Notes: a model not told the origin generated them from the sequence alone. Positions 49,610-59,132 are shown, numbered from the stretch's first letter. The stretch is DNA of 64,000 nt from an uncultured Chloroflexia bacterium (GCA_963766675.1 CAVYBA010000002.1:1274806-1338805); one strand, 5' to 3'. A program made the numbers and translations.

Positions 49610-51007
49610 CTAGCGGCGGAGGTATTGGCGTAGGTGCGACGCGAGCAGGCCGCCGGCGGCCCCGCCTGGTCGCATGGCTCCGGCCGGCCTGACCACCGTG
49701 GGCTCGTCGGGGGGTCGAACCGGCACGAACTGCCCGCTCCGGACGACCCAGACCGCGGCGGCGATGCTGACAAGCGCCGAGGTGGCACCCCCGAACGCGA
49801 GCGCCACCGGCGATCCGAACGACGAGGCGAGCCAGCCGGCCAGGAGCCCGCCGACCGGGGTCGATCCGGCGAACACCGTCATGTAGACGCTCATCACCCG
49901 GCCGCGAAGCGCGTCCGGCACGGCCAGCTGGACGGCGGAGTTGGCCGTCGCCGACAGCGCGATCGCGCCGGCGCCGGCCACGAACACCGCGGCCAGCGAG
50001 AGCGGGAAGAAGCGGATCCAGGCGAACGCGAACTCGAGCAAGCCGAGCGCCAGCCCGCCGACGAGGAGGACCGACAGTCGCGGGCGGCGGAGGGCGGCGA
50101 CGCCGAGGGCGGCAACGAGCGAGCCAAAGCCCATCGCCGACATCAGGAACCCGAAGCCGGACGCGCCGACGTGGAGGACGTTGTCCGCCATGGCCGGCAT
50201 CAGGACGTTGAAGTTCATCCCCAGCGTCGACAGGAGGCCGACGACGCAGATCGCCAGCAGCACCACGGGCGTGTGGCGGACGTAGCGGAGGCCCTCGGCC
50301 AGGTTGGCACCGACCTCGGCCACGCTGTGCGGCCGGGCCAGTCGCTCACCGAGGTGCAGGTCCGGCTCGCGCATCGCCGCCAGGCCGGCGATGACGGCCA
50401 CGTAACTCAGCCCGTTGAGCAGGAAGCAGACGGTCACGCCGGCGACCCCGATCACCAGGCCGGCGATCGCCGGACCGACGATCCGCGCCGCATTGAACAT
50501 GGCCGAGTTCAATGCCACCGCGTTGGCCACGTCCTCGCGGCCGGTCATCTCCATGACGAACGACTGGCGCGTCGGCATGTCGACCGCGTTGATGAAGCCG
50601 AGCGCGACCGCGAGCAACAGGACCTGCCAGACCTGGACGACGCCGGCCCAGGACAGGCCCGCCAGGACCAGCGCCAGGATCATGAACAAGGTCTGCGTCG
50701 CGATGATCGTCGGCCGTTTCGGGAGGACGTCGGCGACGATCCCGCCGAACAGCCCGAGGATCAGGACCGGAGTGAATTGCACGGCGGCCACGACCCCGAG
50801 CCAGAGCGGGTCGTGGGTGAGCTGGAGCACCAGCCAGGCCTGGGCGACCGACTGCATCCAGGTCCCGATCACCGAGATCATCTGGCCGAACCAGAAGAGC
50901 CGGAAGTTCCGGTGACGCAGCGCGCCACGCCAACGGAGGTCGCTCGACCGAGGACGGCGTCGCCGGCGAGCGGACTGGTCGCTCGGTGGTCGCTCGCCGG
51001 CGTTCAC
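49610..51007 (-). CDS. MFS transporter (EntS/MFS_3-like)
   Basis: 465 aa. NFRLFWFGQMISVIGTWMQ is typical of this MFS subgroup. It lies upstream of, and co-directional with, the deaminase gene. Confidence 0.8.
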   Translation of the reverse strand: MNAGERPPSDQSARRRRRPRSSDLRWRGALRHRNFRLFWFGQMISVIGTWMQSVAQAWLVLQLTHDPLWLGVVAAVQFTPVLILGLFGGIVADVLPKRPTIIATQTLFMILALVLAGLSWAGVVQVWQVLLLAVALGFINAVDMPTRQSFVMEMTGREDVANAVALNSAMFNAARIVGPAIAGLVIGVAGVTVCFLLNGLSYVAVIAGLAAMREPDLHLGERLARPHSVAEVGANLAEGLRYVRHTPVVLLAICVVGLLSTLGMNFNVLMPAMADNVLHVGASGFGFLMSAMGFGSLVAALGVAALRRPRLSVLLVGGLALGLLEFAFAWIRFFPLSLAAVFVAGAGAIALSATANSAVQLAVPDALRGRVMSVYMTVFAGSTPVGGLLAGWLASSFGSPVALAFGGATSALVSIAAAVWVVRSGQFVPVRPPDEPTVVRPAGAMRPGGAAGGLLASHLRQYLRR

Positions 51008-51040
51008 AGCAAAATCGTGGTCACCGGCCCATCATATCCC

Positions 51041-51064
51041 AAACCTTACCGTAAACGTGAAGGT
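51041..51064. promoter_or_regulatory. 24-bp near-palindrome upstream of the MFS/deaminase unit
   Basis: AACCTTACCGTAAACGTGAAGGTT has perfect 6-bp outer arms AACCTT/AAGGTT and a near-palindromic core. It shares the 9-mer AACCTTACC with 40828-40836. Confidence 0.3.
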
Positions 51065-51120
51065 TCCTCGCTTCGGCACGGGTCCGGCACGGCCCGCCAT
51101 CCGGCCGGACTCGGGACGGC

Positions 51121-52341
51121 TCAGGAAGCGATCGCGGTCATCTCGCGCATCCCGTACGGGAAGTCGAACGCCGGCATGAGCTCCATGAATGGGTCTGGGT
51201 CGAATGCCTCCGGCCCGAGGACGCCGGCCCCCTGCCAGGTACCGACCGCGAGCAACTCCATGGCGATCACCGGCCCGACGGCCGTCTGCCAGACTACGGC
51301 CTGCACGCCGTACCTCGCCATGCACGTCTCGTTGTCGGCGACCTGGTAGAGGTAGACCTCGCGCGGCCGGCCGTCCTTCTCGCCCTTGACCCAGGTGCCG
51401 GCGCAGGTCTTGCCGAACATCCGGTCGCCGAGATGGGCTGGATCGGGCAGGCACGCCGCGACCACGTCTCGGGGCGCGACCTCGACACGGCCCACCCGGA
51501 CCTTGTTCTTGTTGTCGAGGCCGAGCAACTTGATGGTCTTGAGGACGCGGATGAAGTCGTCGCCGAGCCCGTACTTGAAGGTGACCCGCCGGCAGTCCAC
51601 CCAGCGCGGGACGAGCAGGACCTCCTCGTGCTCGACGTTGACGCACTCGACCGGCCCGATCCCCTCGGGGAAGTCGAATACCTCGGGTTCCGAGAACGGC
51701 GCGGTCGTGTACCAGCCGCGGTCCTTCTCCCAGATCACCGGCGGGTTGAGGCATTCCTCGATCGTCGTCCAGATCGAGAAGTTTGGGGCGAACTCGTAGC
51801 CGCGGACCTCGAGGTTGGCGCCGTCGCGAATGCCGATCTCGTCGATCCGGTCGAACAGGTGCTTCCCGGCATAGCGGGCGAAGACGTCCGCCAGTCCGGG
51901 CTCGACGCCCATGCCCACCAGCGCGAGCAGCCCCTTGGCCTTCCAGGCGTCGGCGCGCTCGAACTGGTAGTCGCCGAGCTTGACGCCCGTCAGGTGGAGC
52001 GGGTCCTCGGGGTGGGGCGTGGACAGGGTCATCGCCATGTCCATGTAGGAGCAGCCCGCGTCGAACGCGGCATCGAAGATCTGCTCGTTGAACAGCGGCT
52101 CGACGGCGTTCATCACCAGGTCGACGCCGTGCTTGCGCGCGAGCTCGACGATCATGGCCCGGTCCGTCGCGTCGACCCGCTCGACGGGGAACTTCTCCGG
52201 GTGACGCAGCCGTCCCCGGACCTCGTTCGCACGATCGACATTGATGTCGCACAGGACCATCGTCTCGAGCCACGGGCGGTCCTGGGCGATCACCGCGATC
52301 GCCTCGCCCACACCGCCGACACCGACCAGCAGGATCTTCAT
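51121..52341 (-). CDS. saccharopine-dehydrogenase-family NAD(P) oxidoreductase
   Basis: Rossmann start MKILLVGVGGVGEAI, and VGMGVEPGLADVF typical of the Sacchrp_dh family. ATG 52341 is preferred over the upstream 52374. Confidence 0.8.
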   Translation of the reverse strand: MKILLVGVGGVGEAIAVIAQDRPWLETMVLCDINVDRANEVRGRLRHPEKFPVERVDATDRAMIVELARKHGVDLVMNAVEPLFNEQIFDAAFDAGCSYMDMAMTLSTPHPEDPLHLTGVKLGDYQFERADAWKAKGLLALVGMGVEPGLADVFARYAGKHLFDRIDEIGIRDGANLEVRGYEFAPNFSIWTTIEECLNPPVIWEKDRGWYTTAPFSEPEVFDFPEGIGPVECVNVEHEEVLLVPRWVDCRRVTFKYGLGDDFIRVLKTIKLLGLDNKNKVRVGRVEVAPRDVVAACLPDPAHLGDRMFGKTCAGTWVKGEKDGRPREVYLYQVADNETCMARYGVQAVVWQTAVGPVIAMELLAVGTWQGAGVLGPEAFDPDPFMELMPAFDFPYGMREMTAIAS

Positions 52342-52445
52342 GCCACCCCTCCATGGAAGAGCCGGAAGCAGCAAATGACGCCGACCACGATAGCGGTGAT
52401 CGGCGTCAGGACGTCGGGGTGCAGGTTCCCAGGCGCGGCCCGGGA

Positions 52446-52574
52446 TCAGCGCATGCCGTGGATCCAGTAGGCGCGGCGCGGGTCGGTGGCGCTGTCGCGG
52501 CTGTCGGCGCCAAACGCCAGCGACAGGACGGACAAGACGAGGAAGGACAGCAGGACCAGGGTGCCAATGAGCAT
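52446..52574 (-). CDS. possible 42-aa single-pass membrane peptide
   Basis: MLIGTLVLLSFLVLSVLSLAFGADSRDSATDPRRAYWIHGMR. GGAG lies about 11 nt upstream and GC3 is high. It is below the size cutoff of the ORF track. Weak call. Confidence 0.25.
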   Translation of the reverse strand: MLIGTLVLLSFLVLSVLSLAFGADSRDSATDPRRAYWIHGMR

Positions 52575-52609
52575 CGGAGGAGACTCCAGGAGGTAGACAG
52601 CAGAGGACG

Positions 52610-52659
52610 TTGACATAGTTGACTAATCCAAATGGTATTGGACTACTCGACTATGTCAA
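52610..52659. promoter_or_regulatory. 10-bp perfect inverted repeat (30-nt spacer) in the most AT-rich island of the window
   Basis: TTGACATAGT (52610-52619) pairs with ACTATGTCAA (52650-52659). An inner TCCAA-N6-TTGGA repeat lies at 52627-52642. Confidence 0.35.
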
Positions 52660-52941
52660 GTGGTCCCAACGTCACATTCCACGGGCCAAAGCGCCCGTCG
52701 TCGGCATGCACCACCGCTTGGACGAGGCGCGTCAGCCGTTCCAGTGGTCCGGGTGCGCGAGCGCCGAAATCGTGCAACGACTGGCCCATCCGAGCGGGAC
52801 GAATGGCCCCTCTCTCGACACGGACCGGTCACTATCCTGACCGAAACGCGCACGACGCCTGGAACCGTCCGCCAGCCGTGAGGCGTCCTCGACTCGTCGG
52901 CCCGATGCCGAAAGCCGGCCCCGGCGATCCTCGGAGAATCA

Positions 52942-53847
52942 ATGACGGAATCCAGGCCGATCGACAGCGTGGTCCTGGTCAAGCAGGTGCCCGACACGCA
53001 CCACGTGACGGCCGACGCGATGACCAAGGACGGAACGATGAATCGGGGCGTCCTGCCGGCCATCTTCAATCCGGACGACCTGAACGCCCTCGAGATGGCG
53101 CTCCAGGTCAAGGAGCGATACGGCGGCACGGTGACCGTCATCACGATGGGACCGCCCAAGGCGGCCGCGATCCTGCGCGAGTCGCTGTGGCGTGGGGCGG
53201 ACCGTGCCGTCCTGCTGACGGACCGCCGGTTCGCCGGCGCCGACACCTTGGCCACCTCCGTCGTCCTCCAGCTGGCGATCCAGAAGCTCGATCGCTTCGA
53301 CCTGGTGTTCGCCGGGCGGCAGGCGATCGACGGCGACACGGCGCAGGTGGGCCCGCAGACCGCCGAGAAGCTGGGCATCCCGCAGATCACCTACGCCGAC
53401 ACGGTCGTCGAGATCGCCGGCGGTCGGATCACGGCCCAGCGCGCCCTCGATCACGGCACGGAGATCGTGCGCTGCACGCTGCCCTGCCTGTTGACGGTGG
53501 TCGGCGCGGCCAACACGCCGCGGCCGCCGTCGGCCCGCCGCCAGATCGCGCGCAAGCTCGCCGCGACCCCGGGCGAGTACGCGGGCCTGCGCAGCCGATG
53601 GCCGGAATTCGGGACGGACGAGGCACTCGACGACTACCTGGCAGTTCGCGGTCTGCGGATCCCGGTATGGACGGCGGACGACATCGGCGCCAGTCCGGAC
53701 CGGATCGGCCTGGCCGGCTCGCCAACCCAGGTCCACAAGGTTCACCACGTGGTGCTCGAAAGCACCGAGAGCCGGACGGTCGAGCCAAACCCCGAGTCGA
53801 TCACGGCGATGGTCGCCGAGCTGGTCCGTGAGTACATCGTTGGGTAG
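52942..53847 (+). CDS. etfB: electron transfer flavoprotein beta subunit (FixA-like)
   Basis: Motifs VVLVKQVPDT, NPDDLNALEMAL, GRQAIDGDTAQVGPQTAEKLGIPQITY. Confidence 0.9.
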   Translation: MTESRPIDSVVLVKQVPDTHHVTADAMTKDGTMNRGVLPAIFNPDDLNALEMALQVKERYGGTVTVITMGPPKAAAILRESLWRGADRAVLLTDRRFAGADTLATSVVLQLAIQKLDRFDLVFAGRQAIDGDTAQVGPQTAEKLGIPQITYADTVVEIAGGRITAQRALDHGTEIVRCTLPCLLTVVGAANTPRPPSARRQIARKLAATPGEYAGLRSRWPEFGTDEALDDYLAVRGLRIPVWTADDIGASPDRIGLAGSPTQVHKVHHVVLESTESRTVEPNPESITAMVAELVREYIVG

Positions 53848-53853
53848 GCGGAC

Positions 53854-54894
53854 GTGACCGAACGGCAGGGCGTCTGGGTCCACGTCGAGCAGGCTGACGG
53901 CCGAATCGCCGACGTCAGCCTCGAGCTGGTCGGGAAGGCCCGTGACCTCGCCGACCAGCTCGGGTATGAGGTTGTCGGGCTCCTGTGCGGACACGAGGTC
54001 GAGGCGCTGGCCCAGGACGTCATCCGCCACGGGGCGGACCGGGTGCTGCTGGCCGACCACCCGGAACTGGCCAAGTACCGCACGCTGCCGTACGCGCGCG
54101 TGGCGATCACCGAAGCGCGCAAGCGTCGACCGCAGATCTTCCTCATCGGCGGGACGCCGAACGGCCGCGACCTCGCGCCGCGCGTCGCCAGCGCCCTGCG
54201 CTGCGGGCTGACGGCCGACTGTACCGACCTCCAGATCGGCGACTACCACGTCAAGCGCGAGGGCCGGACGTACGAGAACCTGCTGTACCAGATCCGGCCG
54301 GCCTTCGGCGGGAACCTGGTCGCCACGATCGTCAATCCGTCCACCCGACCCCAGATGGCGACGGTCCGCGAGGGCGTGATGCGGATGCCGGTTGCCGATC
54401 CCCGGCGAACCGGCGTCGTGGAACCGGTGACCCCCCAATTCGAGGCGGGCGACTTCGCCCTCGAGGTGCTGAGCCGCGAGGTCCGCAAATCCGCCGTCAG
54501 GCTCAAGGACGCACCGGTGATCGTGTCGGGCGGGGCGGGGATCTCGGACGCCGACGAGTTCGCCCTGTTGCGCGAGCTCGCCAACCTGCTCGGCGGGGAG
54601 GTCGGTGCCTCGCGCGCGGCCGTCGATGCCGGGTTGGTCGGCCGGGAGTTCCAGGTCGGCCAGACCGGAACCACGGTTCGGCCTCGGCTCTACATCGCCG
54701 CGGGGATCTCCGGCGCCATCCAGCATCGGGCCGGGATGGACCAGTCCTCGAAGATCATCGCGATCAACACCGACCCGAACGCCCCGCTGTTCCAGATCGC
54801 GCACTACCGCATCGTCGGCGACGCGCATGAGGTCCTGCCGATGATCATCAAGGCCGTGCGCGAGCGATCGATGGGCGGGAGCCTCGCCGGATGA
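53854..54894 (+). CDS. etfA: electron transfer flavoprotein alpha subunit (FixB-like)
   Basis: C-terminal FAD block VSGGAGI ... [20 protein letters not shown] ... [25 protein letters not shown]. Confidence 0.9.
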   Translation: MTERQGVWVHVEQADGRIADVSLELVGKARDLADQLGYEVVGLLCGHEVEALAQDVIRHGADRVLLADHPELAKYRTLPYARVAITEARKRRPQIFLIGGTPNGRDLAPRVASALRCGLTADCTDLQIGDYHVKREGRTYENLLYQIRPAFGGNLVATIVNPSTRPQMATVREGVMRMPVADPRRTGVVEPVTPQFEAGDFALEVLSREVRKSAVRLKDAPVIVSGGAGISDADEFALLRELANLLGGEVGASRAAVDAGLVGREFQVGQTGTTVRPRLYIAAGISGAIQHRAGMDQSSKIIAINTDPNAPLFQIAHYRIVGDAHEVLPMIIKAVRERSMGGSLAG

Positions 54895-56612
54895 CCGCGA
54901 ATTTCTTCCTCGACAACCCGGACCTGCGGTTCCGGCTCGAGCAGCTCGACCTGCGCGAAGTCGTGGATCTCAAGGAAGATCGGTATGCCGCGTCGGACGC
55001 GTGCCCCACCGCGCCGCGCAACTACGCCGACGCGATGGACAACTACCGGATCGTGCTCGACGTGCTCGGCGAGGTCTGCGGCGAGCGCGTGGCACCGCGC
55101 GCGGCCGAAGCCGACGAGGAAGGTGCGCATTTCGACGCGGGCGACGTCACCTATGCCGGGGCCACCCAGGACGCGATCGCGGCCCTCCGGCAGGCCGAGC
55201 TCTTCGGGGCGATGCTGTCGCGCGAGTATGGTGGCCTGAACCTGCCCGAGTCGGTCTACCAGATGATGGTCGAGATCGTGGCCCGGGCCGAGAGCGGCCT
55301 GATGACCGTGTACGGGCTGCAGGAGATCGCGTCGTCGATCGAGGAATACGGCGATCCCGAGACCAAGGCCCGCGTGCTGCCCCGCTTCGCGCGCGGTGAG
55401 GTCTCCGGCGCGATGGTCCTCACCGAGGCGGACGCGGGCTCCGATCTTGGCGCCGTGGCGACGCGGGCGACGCTCGACGAGACGACCGGCCAATGGCACC
55501 TCAACGGCGTGAAGCGGTTCATCACCAACGGTCTCGCGGACGTGTCGCTGGTCCTGGCCCGCAGCGAGGAGGGTTCGACGGACGCCCGCGGGCTGTCGCT
55601 GTTCCTCGTCGAGCGCGACGCCACGGTCAGGATCCGGCGGATCGAGAACAAGCTGGGAATCCACGCCTCGCCGACGTGCGAGATCCAGTACGTCGACACG
55701 CCCGCGGTCCTGATCGGCAAGCGCCGCTTCGGCTTGATGCGCTACTCGATGAACCTGATGAACGGTGCCCGGCTTGCGGTCGCCGCGCAGGCCCTGGGTA
55801 TCGCCGAGGCCGCGTTCCGGGAGGCGGACCAGTACAGCCGCGAGCGCGTCCAGTTCGGCAGGTCCATCCGGACGCTGCCGGCGGTGGCGCGGCTGTTGCT
55901 GTCGATGAAGGTCGACCTCGAAGCGACGCGCGCCTTCCTGGCCGAGACCGGTCGCTGGGTGGATCTCTGGAAGGTCTACGAGCGCGCGGTGGGAGAGGGG
56001 GGTGGCGACGTCGACCCCGCGACGCGTACCCGGCACAAGCAGTGCCAGGCCCTGGCCGAGACACTGACTCCGATGGTCAAGTACTTCGCCACGGAGATGG
56101 GCAATCGGGTCTGCAACCAGGCGATGCAGGTCCACGGCGGCGTCGGCTACATGCGCGAGTTCAACATCGAGCGCCTGCTCCGCGACGTCCGCGTCACGAA
56201 CATCTACGAGGGCACCAGCCAGCTCCAGGTCGTCGCGGCGATCGGCAAGCTGCTCAACCGCTCGCTCGATCCGCTGCTCGCCGAGTGGCAGGCCGCCGAC
56301 TATCCGGCCGACATGGCCGCGGAGAAGGCTGAACTGTGCGACCTGACCGAGCGGCTCGACCGGGCCATTGCGGCACTCAAGGGCCTCCCCGAGCGCGACC
56401 GGGTCGAGTATTACGCCGTCGACCTGGTCGAGATGGCAATCGGGATCGTCGGCGGCTGGCTCCTCTTGCGCGACACGACGACGGCCGACGCCAAGAAGCC
56501 GATCACGCGGGCCTACGTCGCGTCGCTCAAACCGAGGATCCGGTCCGCGGCCGAGGTGATCCTGGCCGCGAACCCCGTGCCGCTGGAGGCGATCGCCGTC
56601 CTGCTCGCCTAG
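54891..56612 (+). CDS. large acyl-CoA dehydrogenase (about 573 aa, extended C-terminus)
   Basis: Motifs LTEADAGSDLG, GVKRFITNG, YEGTSQLQ. 4-nt overlap with etfA. Confidence 0.9.
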   Translation: MTANFFLDNPDLRFRLEQLDLREVVDLKEDRYAASDACPTAPRNYADAMDNYRIVLDVLGEVCGERVAPRAAEADEEGAHFDAGDVTYAGATQDAIAALRQAELFGAMLSREYGGLNLPESVYQMMVEIVARAESGLMTVYGLQEIASSIEEYGDPETKARVLPRFARGEVSGAMVLTEADAGSDLGAVATRATLDETTGQWHLNGVKRFITNGLADVSLVLARSEEGSTDARGLSLFLVERDATVRIRRIENKLGIHASPTCEIQYVDTPAVLIGKRRFGLMRYSMNLMNGARLAVAAQALGIAEAAFREADQYSRERVQFGRSIRTLPAVARLLLSMKVDLEATRAFLAETGRWVDLWKVYERAVGEGGGDVDPATRTRHKQCQALAETLTPMVKYFATEMGNRVCNQAMQVHGGVGYMREFNIERLLRDVRVTNIYEGTSQLQVVAAIGKLLNRSLDPLLAEWQAADYPADMAAEKAELCDLTERLDRAIAALKGLPERDRVEYYAVDLVEMAIGIVGGWLLLRDTTTADAKKPITRAYVASLKPRIRSAAEVILAANPVPLEAIAVLLA

Positions 56613-56666
56613 GTCGTCGGCGCTGCGCGCGTCGAGCCCGGCAGACGTTCGGTCGGCGACCCTCTG

Positions 56667-57026
56667 TCAGTCGAGCCGCTCGAGCACGAGCTGCCACGGC
56701 TCGATGATCGCGGTCGCCATCTCACCCTCGGTCAGCGACGCCATCATCTCGACCCCGGCCGGCGCGGCGACCGTGAACAGGACCGGGCGATCCTCGACGC
56801 TTCCCCAGATCAGCCAACTGGCTTCACTCTGCTGGGCGACACCCTCGACGGTTGCGATGACGGACCTGGCAGCGAGCCCCGGGAGCGGACGAACGTGGCG
56901 CCGATGCGACGGCGTCGTCCGGCGGTGAGGGTGGTGGCCCGAGTCCACGCAGGGAATCCCCGACGGGTCGAACCGGTCCGGCATCTCCAGCGACGGCAGA
57001 TGCGCGATCTTGTGGCCGCGGTTCAT
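56667..57026 (-). CDS. hypothetical protein (119 aa)
   Basis: High GC3. GGGAG lies 8 nt before ATG 57026. No family recognised. Confidence 0.45.
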   Translation of the reverse strand: MNRGHKIAHLPSLEMPDRFDPSGIPCVDSGHHPHRRTTPSHRRHVRPLPGLAARSVIATVEGVAQQSEASWLIWGSVEDRPVLFTVAAPAGVEMMASLTEGEMATAIIEPWQLVLERLD

Positions 57027-57191
57027 GGCGATGGCTCCCTGGACGACTCTGACCGGCTCGCGCCTCGAGCTCGTGGCGAGGATGGATGGCCGGAACAGAG
57101 CCGATCCAGAGGCCTTTGTCATGAATCGGCGGGCGGGTCGCCTCGGTCGACGCTCGACTGGCGCGCTTCCGCCGGCTGCCGGCTGATTCGG

Positions 57192-57467
57192 CTAGACCAC
57201 CGCGAGGAGCTCCGTCATGGCGCCGACGAAGCCGGCGACGGCGAGCCAGGCGACAACGTGGGGGTGCCGGTCCAGCGCCTTTGCGCCGATCCCGAGGACG
57301 AGGCCGAACACGGTCTTCAGGGCGAGGATCGCGTGGGGCCCTGCCACACCAATGAGCAGCGCCATGCCCGGGTTGAGCTCCACGCCGTGGCCATTCGCCA
57401 GCTGGTAGGCGAGACCGTCGGCCACCTGTCCGGCAACCACCAGCAAGGAAAGCGTCATCGAGTGCAT
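57192..57467 (-). CDS. small integral membrane protein (91 aa, about 3 TM segments)
   Basis: Hydrophobic segments LSLLVVAGQVADGLAY, MALLIGVAGPHAILALKTVFGLVLGIG and VVAWLAVAGFVGAMTELL. Confidence 0.5.
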   Translation of the reverse strand: MHSMTLSLLVVAGQVADGLAYQLANGHGVELNPGMALLIGVAGPHAILALKTVFGLVLGIGAKALDRHPHVVAWLAVAGFVGAMTELLAVV

Positions 57468-57552
57468 TGCCTTCAGTATGGGCCGCGTGAGGTGACAGTC
57501 TCGTGACAGCCAGTCCGCGCTCTCTCGCGTCGAGTTGGCAACCCGGCACCCG

Positions 57553-57963
57553 TCAGCCGGTCGGTTCGAGGAGGCAGACCGGGATCACGCGCGAGGTCCG
57601 ACTCGGGTAGTCGGCGAAGTGGGGCAGGGTGGCGACGTGGTTCTCCCAGAGCCGAGCTCGCTCGTCGCCCTCGGCCGATCGCGCCGTAACCTCGACCGTT
57701 CTGCCGTCAACCTCGATCGTGACCTTCGGGTTCGCCATCAGGTTGTGGTACCAGGCGGGGTCCTTCGGCGCCCCTCCGGCCGTGGCTGCGATGACGTAGC
57801 GGGAGTCGTCCCGGCTGTAGGCAACGACGGTCGTCCGCCGCGTGCCGGTTCGGGCGCCGGTGGTGGTGATGATCAGGTGCGGATAGCCGGCGAGTCGACC
57901 TTGCGTGACCTGGCCCTCATGAGCCCGCATGTCGGCCATGATCGAATCGGTCCAACCTGGCAT
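57553..57963 (-). CDS. deazaflavin (F420)-dependent nitroreductase-family protein (Ddn-like)
   Basis: Motifs TTTGARTGTRRTTVVAY, AGGAPKDPAWYHNLMANP, DERARLW. Confidence 0.8.
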   Translation of the reverse strand: MPGWTDSIMADMRAHEGQVTQGRLAGYPHLIITTTGARTGTRRTTVVAYSRDDSRYVIAATAGGAPKDPAWYHNLMANPKVTIEVDGRTVEVTARSAEGDERARLWENHVATLPHFADYPSRTSRVIPVCLLEPTG

Positions 57964-58018
57964 GGTGTTCGCGCCTCGCTGGGGGATCGTTGTTGGCGCA
58001 ACTATACGAGGTGTTCGG

Positions 58019-59132
58019 TCAGCGGGGCCGAATCACCGTCACGAAGCGCTCGCCGTCGACCTCGGTGTACGAGTCGAATTCGACGAGCGCGCCATTCCGG
58101 CCGGGCATCCGGAACCGGGATTCGGCGGCTCCCACATCGGCCAGGATCGCGAGCATGGCCGACACCTGCTCGGTGGATCCCGGGGTCACGAACTCCTGCC
58201 AATAGTGCCCGACCATCGCTTTCCCGAGCAGCGAGGCAGCCGCTCCATTGGCTTCCAGGATGAAGGCCCTGCGCGTCGTACACGACCCTTGCCAGCGACT
58301 TGTCGCGCCACCAGGCGTCCATGGCCTCCGCGCTCCCGTCGGGATCGCGCGTCGCCGTCCAGTGGGTGCCCTCGGCGCTGACGTGCGCGTGCGGATAGAG
58401 CCGGCGCAGCCGCAGCGCGAGGCCCTCCGTGGTCGGCTCCGGCATGCGCGAGAGCGCTAGGTGCGTATATGCGCGAAACGCGACGTCGCGCTCCGGGAGG
58501 CACTCAAGGTCGGGCATGTCCAGTTGGACCGCCACCGCGGTCAGCTCGACGTCGTCCGCGAGTCGAAGCTGCGCCTCGATCCCCAAATCGACGATCGAGG
58601 CATGGACGTCGACGGCGATCAGGTCGCCCGTCGTGGGCCGCAGGACGATCGTGGCGTCGAGATCGTGCCCGGATCGGACGATGTCGAACAAGGCGAGCGC
58701 GTCCTGCAGCGTCCCGGCCGCGATGAGATCGGTGAAATGCCTCGCGCCGACGTCCCGCGACCCGAGGCCGAGCAGGCTGAGCGCCAGGGGGTTGGCCTCC
58801 AGGAGCCAGCCCTCGGCCGACAGCACGACACGAGGCAGGTCAGGCGCGATCCACCACGGCGCCTCATTCGGTGGACGCCATGCCCCGTCGCGATAGACAT
58901 ACCAGCCCGGCGGCTCTCCCGAGATGTCCCGCTCGCGGACCACGACCCGCGGGAAGAGTCCCCGTAGGCGAGCCTCCAGCCGTTCGGGCGCGGACACCGA
59001 CCCGATGGCCTGCACGACGAGTTCTCGAAAGGCCCTGTCCGAGCTCGGGATGGTGGTGATCGTTGCTGGAGCCCTGTGCGACGACGAATGCGTTCCGGCT
59101 CCCCCGGACTGTTGACCCATCCACCGGAGCAT
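58019..59132 (-). pseudogene. internally duplicated PAS-like protein with a single-base frame break (pseudogene or assembly indel)
   Basis: The upstream part is in the frame of ORF 58002..59525, from ATG 59132 or 59120. After ...ARVVYDAQGL the sensible continuation ILEANGAAASLLGKAMVGHYWQEFVTPGS... is in the frame of ORF 58019..58216. The span is 3n+1. GC3 supports the switch near 58262. Confidence 0.55.

Noticed and set aside
52643-52789. 48-codon minus-strand ORF (MGQSLHDFGARAPGPLERLTRLVQAVVHADDGRF...), and the 73-aa plus-strand ORF 52619..52840, in the long etfB leader.
   Set aside because: No ribosome-binding site and no family resemblance. The two ORFs occupy the same triplet register on opposite strands, so codon-bias cannot discriminate between them. 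Possibly a gene remnant.
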